Source of the DNA: a virus | Strand: one strand, 5' to 3' | DNA: 64,000 bases | Virus record (IMG/VR): IMGVR_UViG_3300020183_000039 | Location: 1-64,000 of that record | Part shown: one piece after another, positions 15,733-24,177 of the stretch | How positions within the stretch are numbered: position 1 is the stretch's first letter | Layout of the letters: each line of letters starts with the position of its first letter | The notes under the pieces: generated by a model | The model's input: only the letters and a program-made list of their open reading frames with translations | Databases searched by the model: none | What the model was told of the DNA's origin: nothing | Translations under genes and position numbers: made by a program

Positions 15733-17468
15733 CAGGCGTTGCGCTCCGTCATCATGATGTTGTAGATCTTACCGGTCTTGTTGTTGCGGAGAGTCAAAGC
15801 GTCCTCTTCTTCGATCATGGTCCAATCGCCGCGATCGTTCTTGAGGTGAAGGTCACCGGTGTAGACGTTCGCCCAGCGAAGCGAAGCGGAACCGAGGTTG
15901 TAGCTATTGTCGACACGCGGAACCACATTGCCGGTCGACTCGATGCGAACCTTCTCTGTGAGAGAGCCGCCAGCCGCTACAGTGTAGAAGCCGATAGCCC
16001 CATCTTCGGAGGTGCTAGTCGCGTCCGTAATGATACCAGCAATCTGCGCATACGACTGTGCATTACCAGCGCTATCTTCTCCCTGAAATAGAATACCGCC
16101 GATGATGTCACTAGCTGCTGGGCTAGCACTGTCTCGATAAAGGGTGATTAAGGGTTGAACTGTAGCCCCAGCATCAGTGGAAGTAAGAGTAATCCCCCCT
16201 GTTGCGCTATCGAAGGTGAAGTTAGCCGATCCCGCGATTAAGCCATTATTGTTATACTGCACTTGGGTATTTGAGCCACCAACAGATAAAACAGCCTCTG
16301 CTAACACAATTCCGCTAAATGTCGCGCCACTCGGAGGAGCGGACGTGAATGTGATAGTAGCTCCGCTTAGGGTGTAAGCAGTGCCAGGAGTTTGCACCAC
16401 ACCACCGATGGCAATGAGAAGCTGATAAGTTGATTGTGGAGTGTAGTTCGCGCCTCCAATTTTCAGTGTGAACGCAGTGGTTGACCCGTTGAACTGAGAC
16501 GCGATGCTGTCTAGCTGACGAATCGTAGATGCCGAGTCGTTGGGAGCTGCATCGACCCATTGAGACGAGTTAGTGTCTTCGTAGTAGACGAAAAGTCTGC
16601 CATTTGACGAGTTGTACCAGAGGTCTCCGTCAAGCGGGCTAGCCGGGGCGGTGTCGGACGTGACGATATTCGCGGTGCCGAACGAAAGAGCCGCTGACCC
16701 ATTCGTCTTCAGAGTGTATCCGGTAGTCGTAGACCCGTCAGAGCCGGGAAGCACGAAGACGAGATCGGATCCGACAGACGCCGGAGCTTCCAAGCCGATG
16801 TAGTTCGTGCCATTGGCGACAGCTTCGCGGAAACGAACCTCCCCGCGGTCCGCCATCGTGAAGTGTGGCGATGTCGTCAGGATACCGCCGGTGCCTGAGT
16901 TGACATTGATCGTCGTCGCGCCAGTAGTGTTGCCAAGAGTGATCGTCTTGGCGTTGGAGTTATTGCCGATGTTGACCGCACCGGTGGTCCCCGAGTCAAG
17001 GGTGACGGCACCGGTCGTACCAGAGTTAAGATTGAGAGCGGAGGCCGCGGCGGACGAGAGAGTCACAGCGGCGGTACCCGTGATGTCTCCGACCGAGGTG
17101 AGGCTGCCGGTGACATTAGCGGACCCGTCGAAGTTCTGGCCCCAGAGCGTGCGCGTTGTTGTGAGAGTGGCTACTGACGCTCTGGACTCTACGAAAGACG
17201 CGCCGGTCCAGATCTTGAGATTGCTGGTCCCGGTGTCGAACCAGAACTCCCCGACGCTGTTCCCGCTGGACCCGGCCGGGACTGAGTTCGGGGCCGTAGC
17301 GCTAACCTCTGCCGGCCCCACTTTGCGGACATTTCCGGCACTGTCCTCGAAGAAGAGGCCGGGGGTATTCGAGTCATAATTCAGGCCAAGCTCGCCTATC
17401 GCCAGGTTGGCGGCTGTAGGACGCTTGCTTGCAGTGCTGCTCCGTTTGAGCAAAAAATTGATCGCCAT
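15732..17468 (-). CDS. Tail fibre / adhesin-like protein
   Basis: N-terminal LKRS..KRP...L..GELGLN domain, GDLWYNS repeat, C-terminal YNLGSASLRWANVYTGDLHLKN...WTMIEEE typical of cyanophage fibres. Confidence 0.8.
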   Translation of the reverse strand: MAINFLLKRSSTASKRPTAANLAIGELGLNYDSNTPGLFFEDSAGNVRKVGPAEVSATAPNSVPAGSSGNSVGEFWFDTGTSNLKIWTGASFVESRASVATLTTTRTLWGQNFDGSANVTGSLTSVGDITGTAAVTLSSAAASALNLNSGTTGAVTLDSGTTGAVNIGNNSNAKTITLGNTTGATTINVNSGTGGILTTSPHFTMADRGEVRFREAVANGTNYIGLEAPASVGSDLVFVLPGSDGSTTTGYTLKTNGSAALSFGTANIVTSDTAPASPLDGDLWYNSSNGRLFVYYEDTNSSQWVDAAPNDSASTIRQLDSIASQFNGSTTAFTLKIGGANYTPQSTYQLLIAIGGVVQTPGTAYTLSGATITFTSAPPSGATFSGIVLAEAVLSVGGSNTQVQYNNNGLIAGSANFTFDSATGGITLTSTDAGATVQPLITLYRDSASPAASDIIGGILFQGEDSAGNAQSYAQIAGIITDATSTSEDGAIGFYTVAAGGSLTEKVRIESTGNVVPRVDNSYNLGSASLRWANVYTGDLHLKNDRGDWTMIEEEDALTLRNNKTGKIYNIMMTERNA

Positions 17469-17500
17469 GTCGCCTCAGACTGTCCAACGACGGGACTTAC

Positions 17501-17526
17501 AAAAAAGAGGAGGCTATCTAGCCTCC
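17501..17526 (-). terminator. Terminator-like hairpin between fibre genes
   Basis: GGAGGCT-AGAT-AGCCTCC followed by TCTTTTTT. Confidence 0.65.
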
Positions 17527-17624
17527 CCTGATCCTTACCCCTTTTTTTGCGTACCTCCATCCAGCGGGTAGCTCTTCTCCAGCTTTAAGCCACTTTCTCG
17601 TTTCCCCTACGATGCGGGACTTTT

Positions 17625-20018
17625 CTAAAATGTCCCGGCGTCGAAGCTCCCACCTGTGATCGGGGCGATGTCGCTGGTCAGGATCTCACGGAAACTGGCG
17701 TTGCCCGGGCCGCCGGTGTTGGGACCGATGAACGCGTAGTTCTGCGCAATGTTCGTGTTATTCGCGTTGGTGCCGCCGTAGGCCAGACCAATGATGTTGC
17801 CGTTCCAGGTACCGCTCGTGATCGTGCCGAGAGTCGTGATGCTACCCTGGCCGACGTAGGTCGATTTGATCTGGAGATTGTCAGCGACGATGTCCAGCGT
17901 GACATTGTCTACGTTAACATCCAGCGTGTTACCGGTCTTCGACAGACCATTGCCAGCAGTGATCTGACCGGCACCGGAGAACTGCGCAAAGTCGATGCTC
18001 GTTGTGCCGACGGTCACTGGGGCGTTGGTGGTGCACACGTAGCCGTTGTCGGCGTTGGCGGTGCCCTCCTCGATGAACGTGAAGGCGCCGGGGAACTCGG
18101 CCGCTTGGTTCATGTCCGCCGCGCGGGTCAGGATGAACGGGTTTGAACCGTCACCTGCTGCGGTAACAACATAGATGCCGTTGTAGGCCGCGTTGCCCGC
18201 CGTCTCGTTCTTGACGAGAACTCGATCGGCGGCAACCACAGCCACCGAAGTGTCGACAGTCAGAGCACCGTTCGCGTTGGCGGTGATGGTAGCACCTACA
18301 CCGAGAGCCCCGTTAGCGTAGGTGTATGCCGGCAAAGCCGCGTTGGTCGCCGCGCGACAGGAGTCCTTGACGATCAGGCCTTGAGCCGTGGCGTCGACGT
18401 ACGCTTTGGTCGCGGCGTCCTGAGCACTGACCGGGTCGGCAACGTTCGTGATCAGCTGGCTATTAAAGCTCACCGAGGCGGTCGGTGCCGCCATCTGATC
18501 GAGGCGGTTGGTTTGGACAGCAGTGTTGAAGTCTGAAACCTGGGACGCCGTGATGCTGATATTTGTTTCGGCAAGAGCAGTTAGACGACCCTGAGCGTCA
18601 ACTGTAGTAGTAAGAGTTTTATTAGCGGCGCCATACGCACCGGCGACAACCGAGGTATTGTCAAGGTTGATCGTAACGGTCTGGTTAGACGCGACCGAAG
18701 AAAGACCCGTACCGCCCGAAATCAGCAGGGACTGAGACGCGAGGGCGATCGAACCGGTACCAGAATCGCCGGCAGTGCTCAGTGTGGTCGAGATGTTCGC
18801 GGTCGAAGCTAAAGTGATCTGACCCTGTGCGTTGATCGCGAGGACCGGGATAGCGGTGGCGGAACCGTAGGTGTTAGCGGATACGCCCGTGTTGTCCAGA
18901 TTGACCGTGACAGTCGTACCGGCCGCAGTGGATGATAGGCCGGTACCACCCGAGATAGTGATCGACTGAGCGGTGGCGGTAGCCGAGCCGGAGTCACTAG
19001 CAAGTGACTTGAGAACCGTGACTTCCTGAATCGAGCCATAAAGGCTATTGCCTCGAACCTCACTCCAAACAAGACCGGCTGATCCAAGCTTGTGCGAGTT
19101 GTCGGTGATTGGGTTCAGATCGGAATCGACTCGACCATTAAACGTGATCGAGTCAGTGGCGGCATTGCCAAGATCGACATCGCCGTTGAACACGCCCGAG
19201 GTCTGAACCGTCAGGGTGTCGACGTAGACATTGCTAACTTCATTGCCGGCTGCACCGATGTTGTAGCTGGAGTCAGCACCGGGGAGGAAATGCCCCGTGC
19301 TGCTCATCGTCCACCGGGTCGCGGCGTCGGTGACGAAGGTGATCGTGCCGTTTGAGCCACTGTCAGTAACAGTGACCGAGCTATCGCCCTGAGAGATGTC
19401 GTTGGTGCGAGCTTCCTGCCAGCTCAGAACACCGGCACCATTGGTCGAGAGGACCTGGTCCGCAGTACCGTCCGCTGCAGGCAGAGTCCAAAGGACGTCG
19501 GATACGATGTTAGCAGGCGCCTGGAAGCCGACGTAGTTGGTGCCGTTCGCCGTAGCCTCGTAGAAACGCAGGTCCGCCTGGTTTTCCAGGTCGATATCGG
19601 ACGTCGCGTTAAAGCTTGCTGACGTGACAGCGGTCAGGCCGGTGATGCTAGTGGTAGCGGCGGCGCCCAGTTCGATGTTGGTGCTACCGATCGTGACCTT
19701 ACCGATGTAGGACCAACCGGAGCCGGTATAGACTTTCAGTGCGTCCTCACCGTTTCCGCTCGGGCCGGCATTGGCGGTATCAAACCAGAACTCACCAGCG
19801 CTATTGCCCGCGGAGCCGCCGGCCGCCGGAGTGGCGTTAGGAGCGGAACCTCCGACCTCGGCCGGACCGACTTTAACGATGACACCCGCGGCATCTTCAA
19901 AGTAGAGGCCCGAAGTGCCGGTATTAGTATTCAGCGCGATCTCGCCATCGAGCAGAGCGACGGCAGTAGGCCGCTTGCTCGCCGTGGTGGAGCGAAGATT
20001 CTGTACTTTAACTGCCAT
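17625..20018 (-). CDS. Tail fibre-like protein
   Basis: Paralogous N-terminal domain, QDAATKAYVD motif, G/T/A/S-rich, ends FDAGTF. Confidence 0.8.
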   Translation of the reverse strand: MAVKVQNLRSTTASKRPTAVALLDGEIALNTNTGTSGLYFEDAAGVIVKVGPAEVGGSAPNATPAAGGSAGNSAGEFWFDTANAGPSGNGEDALKVYTGSGWSYIGKVTIGSTNIELGAAATTSITGLTAVTSASFNATSDIDLENQADLRFYEATANGTNYVGFQAPANIVSDVLWTLPAADGTADQVLSTNGAGVLSWQEARTNDISQGDSSVTVTDSGSNGTITFVTDAATRWTMSSTGHFLPGADSSYNIGAAGNEVSNVYVDTLTVQTSGVFNGDVDLGNAATDSITFNGRVDSDLNPITDNSHKLGSAGLVWSEVRGNSLYGSIQEVTVLKSLASDSGSATATAQSITISGGTGLSSTAAGTTVTVNLDNTGVSANTYGSATAIPVLAINAQGQITLASTANISTTLSTAGDSGTGSIALASQSLLISGGTGLSSVASNQTVTINLDNTSVVAGAYGAANKTLTTTVDAQGRLTALAETNISITASQVSDFNTAVQTNRLDQMAAPTASVSFNSQLITNVADPVSAQDAATKAYVDATAQGLIVKDSCRAATNAALPAYTYANGALGVGATITANANGALTVDTSVAVVAADRVLVKNETAGNAAYNGIYVVTAAGDGSNPFILTRAADMNQAAEFPGAFTFIEEGTANADNGYVCTTNAPVTVGTTSIDFAQFSGAGQITAGNGLSKTGNTLDVNVDNVTLDIVADNLQIKSTYVGQGSITTLGTITSGTWNGNIIGLAYGGTNANNTNIAQNYAFIGPNTGGPGNASFREILTSDIAPITGGSFDAGTF

Positions 20019-20027
20019 GACGGTCTT

Positions 20028-20699
20028 TTAGAAGGGTCCTTGGTCGATGATGTCGATCTGATTCAAGCCATTGGCCGTGACCCCGTTGCCAGGCTGAAGA
20101 GCTGTAGCACCTGCACCGCTAGAAGCTAGCACCCAGGCTGCCGGTCCTACTGTCGGAACCACGTAGACATATAGATTAGGTGGGACCGTCGAGAACCAAA
20201 GATCCCCGTTGGACGGGTTGGCTGGGGCGGTAGACGAGATCGTGACTTTGCTCGTAGTATCCCACTTATTGCCATTCCATGCCTGGAAGATCGAAATGGC
20301 CGTGTTCCACCTTACCGATCCGACCGAGGTGCCGGATGCCGGAGTGTCAGAGGTTTTGGGGACTACGAGTTCGGCCTTCTCGGCGCCATTCGCTTCGACT
20401 TTCAGGATAGAGCCGGAGACATCGAAGTTTCCGTAGACCGTGTCGCCCTCTGGGCTCAGGTTTCTCAGGCGGTATCTTACCCAGCCCTTCCCGGGCACGC
20501 CTCCATCGACGAGCACTGTGCCGCCTTCGTCAAGGCGACGGTTAGAGCCATTACCCACGTAGAGGTAGATGTTACAGTCGTTCTGGTTCTCGTTGAAGTT
20601 CTCAGGCGACATGTTCAGGCCTATCTGGCCCGGCTCGAGATCGACCGGATGCTCGCCGAAATTGAAAGACCGTAGATGCTGAAGAGTGGCGAGTGTCAC
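20028..20699 (-). CDS. Fibre-associated structural protein
   Basis: LQHLRS...LEPGQIGLN N-terminus, NGDLWF motif, ends IDQGPF. Confidence 0.65.
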   Translation of the reverse strand: MTLATLQHLRSFNFGEHPVDLEPGQIGLNMSPENFNENQNDCNIYLYVGNGSNRRLDEGGTVLVDGGVPGKGWVRYRLRNLSPEGDTVYGNFDVSGSILKVEANGAEKAELVVPKTSDTPASGTSVGSVRWNTAISIFQAWNGNKWDTTSKVTISSTAPANPSNGDLWFSTVPPNLYVYVVPTVGPAAWVLASSGAGATALQPGNGVTANGLNQIDIIDQGPF

Positions 20700-20716
20700 T
20701 GGTTATCTCCGTTCCA

Positions 20717-21133
20717 TCAGGGGACGACTACGCGGATAGCCTCCGCGCCGGCGAAACCGGAAATCTTGAACAGACCTCCGATCGGGACTCCTCCCGCTTG
20801 AGCCCCGGCGATCGAGGAGTACTCGTCAAGAGCCTCCAGCAGAGCATTGACAACCGCCGACGAGGCCAATGTGGCGATCGGAGGAGGCACTACCGCGCTG
20901 ACCCACTGAGACCCGTCGGCGTCTTCGTAGCGAAGGAAGAGCTCTCCGTTATCCGAGTTCCACCAAAGATCGCCTTTCTGCGGCGACGAAGGGGGAAGCG
21001 ATCCGATGTAAACAGGGCCAGTAGACTCTTGCTCGGAGATAGCGACCCACGCTACTCCGTTCCACCGCCAGGACGAGTCTCCGACCGTGTAGATCTGATT
21101 GAGAGAAGGGCTCGAAGGGAAGTTGAGTGCCAT
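20717..21133 (-). CDS. Small fibre-associated structural protein
   Basis: MALNFPSSP...WRWNGVAW and GDLWWNSDNGEL modules common in cyanophage virion proteins. Confidence 0.65.
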   Translation of the reverse strand: MALNFPSSPSLNQIYTVGDSSWRWNGVAWVAISEQESTGPVYIGSLPPSSPQKGDLWWNSDNGELFLRYEDADGSQWVSAVVPPPIATLASSAVVNALLEALDEYSSIAGAQAGGVPIGGLFKISGFAGAEAIRVVVP

Positions 21134-21134
21134 G

Positions 21135-22187
21135 TCAGGAACTTACGGAGTTGCCAGAGTAGATGGTCGCGCCGTCGTCGGCCGGTTGCTGGGGTAGGTA
21201 CGCGTTACTAGCCTCGGTACCGAGATCGTCGTCCCAGTTCGGATCGTCGTTATTGTTCTCAGCGTTGTAGAAGTCGTAGCGCCAATCCTGAACACGATCC
21301 CCGGCAGAATCGGTCCACCAACCACTGAGGCCCTTGCCGCTTGCCCCGTTGTAGTATTGCGGGATACGCCATGTCCGAAGAAGGCCGGCTCTCGAGTTGA
21401 TAGCCATCTCGCCGTCCGGACGAACGGCTGGATTGTACGTCGTAGCGGCATCAAGCTCTTTGATCGCGCGTTCGTAGTCCTTGAGAACGTCCTCGCGCCG
21501 ACGCACCGTGTCAAGGTAGTAGCGCGCGAGAATCAACGAAGTGCGGCGACGATTGGAACTTACCAGAAGCTTCCCGGCTTTGGTCGACTGATTGATGTAA
21601 GAGTCGATCAGAGCGTTCGCGTCTTGGATCGCCATCCAGAGTCTATCGGTGTTCGGCTGAGTCGCGTCAGCATCATCGATGTTCGTGATCTGGATAGCCT
21701 CTTTCAGGCCGTAGGCTAACACGAAGTCGTCTGGGGTCGCCGAACGAGGATTGGTGCCTCGGTCACGGCGCGAGTAGCCTTGGCCACTGGCGTAACGACC
21801 AAGATTGGCCATCTGGTCCCAGCCAGCCGCCTTTTCGTTGATCTGAAGCTCGTTCTTTGCGGGAACTTTGAAGAAGGCCCTCACCACATTGCGCCGCAAG
21901 GTGGCCATGCTAGCGCCTTGCTTCACCGGGGAGCGGACGGCCAGATTGATATCGTCCGGCGGAATGTAGTTAACGAAGACCTTGTCCTTAGGCAAAAGAT
22001 TCTTCGAAAGCTTCAGCGAAATCGTAGCAGTATCCGGGTACGACCTCTCGATGACCGGAAACTTCCCGTAGTTAACGGAGAAAGACGTAAGAGGGACCTG
22101 AACAGTCGAATCCAAAGATTGATCGAAAGTCAGGTGGAGTTCCGTCTGGCCTTTGACCGTTACATCTAGCAGTTGAGGGGCAGCCAT
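21135..22187 (-). CDS. Head-tail connector (Mu gp36/DUF1320-like) with an N-terminal beta-rich (SwmB-like) domain
   Basis: YGLKEAIQIT...AIQDANALIDSYI...LARYYL...VLKDYERAI. Confidence 0.75.
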   Translation of the reverse strand: MAAPQLLDVTVKGQTELHLTFDQSLDSTVQVPLTSFSVNYGKFPVIERSYPDTATISLKLSKNLLPKDKVFVNYIPPDDINLAVRSPVKQGASMATLRRNVVRAFFKVPAKNELQINEKAAGWDQMANLGRYASGQGYSRRDRGTNPRSATPDDFVLAYGLKEAIQITNIDDADATQPNTDRLWMAIQDANALIDSYINQSTKAGKLLVSSNRRRTSLILARYYLDTVRRREDVLKDYERAIKELDAATTYNPAVRPDGEMAINSRAGLLRTWRIPQYYNGASGKGLSGWWTDSAGDRVQDWRYDFYNAENNNDDPNWDDDLGTEASNAYLPQQPADDGATIYSGNSVSS

Positions 22188-23186
22188 CTATCGGAACAAG
22201 CGGAGGTACGGATCGCCCTTGACTAGTTGCTTGAAGCCCAGTGAGGTCCAGAATGCCGTCGGGTCATCTTCGACAACGACCTCTACCACGCAGTCAGGAA
22301 GTTCGTTTATCAGAGCTTTGCAGGCTTTAAGAACTGGGGTGTCGTCCTCCCAGTTGTAGTGAGTCCACGAAGTGATCGTGGCGACCGAGCCGTAGATCTC
22401 GTACGAGACTTTCCCGAGAAGAGTTCCAGGCGGGCGATCGTCGTACTTATTGCTTGGCCGTGTGATCTCGATCTCCACACCGTCATAGTCGCCGTCGCCG
22501 ACGATCTCGGAGGACACTTCCGGAGGAGCATCGGTTTCGATGTCAGCAAAGTACGCCCCGGCCGTCTCCGCACCGAGAGCGGTGTCTCCCATAGACGCGG
22601 GATCCGCAAGCACCAGCGCGGCATTAGCCGATGAGGGCTCCGTAGCCAGAGTCCCGAGCGGCTGAGGGATTGTAGGCAAAGCTCCCGGATACGACGCCAA
22701 GGAGTCGTAAACGGAAACTTCAGCGAAGGTTCTCCTCACTCTGATTCCCCTCTCGCCATACTCGTTGTACTCAGCCTCGTCGAGTGTGAGTGCGGGACGC
22801 GGAGCATTGAAAGCTCCGTTGTCAAATACGAGTTCTTCGACGACAACGTTGAAGTACCAATCGTCGTAGACGACGAACTCCTCGGCCGCTACGACCTGAA
22901 ACTCGAAGATGTAGTCGTACTCCTGGTGATACGTCCAGGAGGCCGTGGCGTACGGGTAGAGAGTACCACCAAGGGTTTCCCACCACTCAGGCAGCTCTAC
23001 ACTGCACTCGATAGAACCATCGGGCTCTTCCTCGCAGGAGTCCTCCTCGATTACTACCGTTTGAGTGTATGTCCAAGCAGCCGTCTCGTACGGCGAGGGC
23101 TTTTGGCTCCCGCCTATCGTTTGCCACCACTTAGGTCGCGGATCGCTAGGCGAAGCGTCTGGGTCTCGACTGTAGTCCCTTCCCAT
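22188..23186 (-). CDS. Acidic virion-region protein with a GNAT-like C-terminal end
   Basis: Duplicated WWxTxGG..PYxTAxWTY motif; C-terminal AFWTSLGF. Confidence 0.55.
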   Translation of the reverse strand: MGRDYSRDPDASPSDPRPKWWQTIGGSQKPSPYETAAWTYTQTVVIEEDSCEEEPDGSIECSVELPEWWETLGGTLYPYATASWTYHQEYDYIFEFQVVAAEEFVVYDDWYFNVVVEELVFDNGAFNAPRPALTLDEAEYNEYGERGIRVRRTFAEVSVYDSLASYPGALPTIPQPLGTLATEPSSANAALVLADPASMGDTALGAETAGAYFADIETDAPPEVSSEIVGDGDYDGVEIEITRPSNKYDDRPPGTLLGKVSYEIYGSVATITSWTHYNWEDDTPVLKACKALINELPDCVVEVVVEDDPTAFWTSLGFKQLVKGDPYLRLFR

Positions 23187-23230
23187 CCACGCGATCCGGG
23201 CGTCGTTAGGAAGGATTTACCCTGATGAAG

Positions 23231-23878
23231 TTAAGTCGTGGCTTCGACATCGTCATTGACCTTGCCCTCGCTATCACCATCGCTATCCGCCGCCTGCGAC
23301 TGGTGGATGTGCTTCAAGTCGATATGACGAACCCATTTGTAGCCGCCTCGATTGAGGCAAACGCATAGCCAGTCATATCCTTGAGGCCCACCCTCCTCTA
23401 CTATCATGCACCCGATATTGTCCTTGCTAGCCGGAGGGAGCTGGCCGGACGGGTAGACAGGGAGGCGTGTCATAGCGGAGTTCTGAGGCTGCTTAGCCTT
23501 GTTGAACTCATTGGGGTCGTAGACCGGATCGCCGAAGTTCAGTCGGTTGGGATCTCCGTCGCGGGGCGTGATAGGGACCCGAGCCTTCTTGTCGACAAGA
23601 GCTTTGGGCTGCTTCCCTTTGAAAGGCACGACCGGGTAGATCCAGTCTGTCTCCGTCGGTTTTCCGCTCTGGTCAAATCCCTTGCCCTTGAGATAGTCCG
23701 GGTTGACCTGATCCAGGACTACTCGCACTCTGCCCTCTTGTTTGGGATCTTCTACGTCGATCACGGTGCCGTAGGTGCTTTGCATCTGGCCGCTAAGGCT
23801 AGCGGCCTGTTGGGCCCCACGGAAAGATCGAAGAAGTATACCGGCCAGCTGGTCGATGTTTGAGCTAGTATTGGCCAT
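23231..23878 (-). CDS. Baseplate spike (gpV/gp5 OB-fold-like)
   Basis: YGTVIDVEDPKQEGRVRV...TDW; C-terminal HIH metal-tip motif. Confidence 0.7.
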   Translation of the reverse strand: MANTSSNIDQLAGILLRSFRGAQQAASLSGQMQSTYGTVIDVEDPKQEGRVRVVLDQVNPDYLKGKGFDQSGKPTETDWIYPVVPFKGKQPKALVDKKARVPITPRDGDPNRLNFGDPVYDPNEFNKAKQPQNSAMTRLPVYPSGQLPPASKDNIGCMIVEEGGPQGYDWLCVCLNRGGYKWVRHIDLKHIHQSQAADSDGDSEGKVNDDVEATT

Positions 23879-24177
23879 CAGCGAGTGATGCTTCTAACGG
23901 CAGCTTTTACCCGGCGCTGTGGCACCGCTTTCTTCGGAGTGAGCGGACGAGGCTCTTCGTGATGACGCTTGACCTCAGGCGCCACAGTCGGTTCTTCAGA
24001 AGCCTCAGTGGCCTGAGCAGAGCTTTTCTTCTTGCGAGCACGCTTAGCTTGAGGCTCGCTTCCAAACCCTTGGGCCGACTCAAAACCGGCTTCGGATTGC
24101 TCTTCCGGAAACTCGTTAGTAAGAACTTCCGGTTGCGGTTCGATCACGCTTTCAGCGATGAAGTCGTCCATGGTCAT
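23878..24177 (-). CDS. Hypothetical low-complexity protein
   Basis: Probable start MTMDDF overlapping the upstream stop; acidic N-half, basic C-half. Confidence 0.5.
   Translation of the reverse strand: MTMDDFIAESVIEPQPEVLTNEFPEEQSEAGFESAQGFGSEPQAKRARKKKSSAQATEASEEPTVAPEVKRHHEEPRPLTPKKAVPQRRVKAAVRSITR

Noticed and set aside
17535-17540. GGGTAA motif as the promoter of 15732..17468
   Set aside because: It lies 66 nt from the ATG and upstream of a terminator hairpin, so it was left out of the motif set.
15732-20018. Diversity-generating retroelement acting on the fibre genes
   Set aside because: No reverse transcriptase and no template/variable repeat pair differing at adenines was seen in the window.
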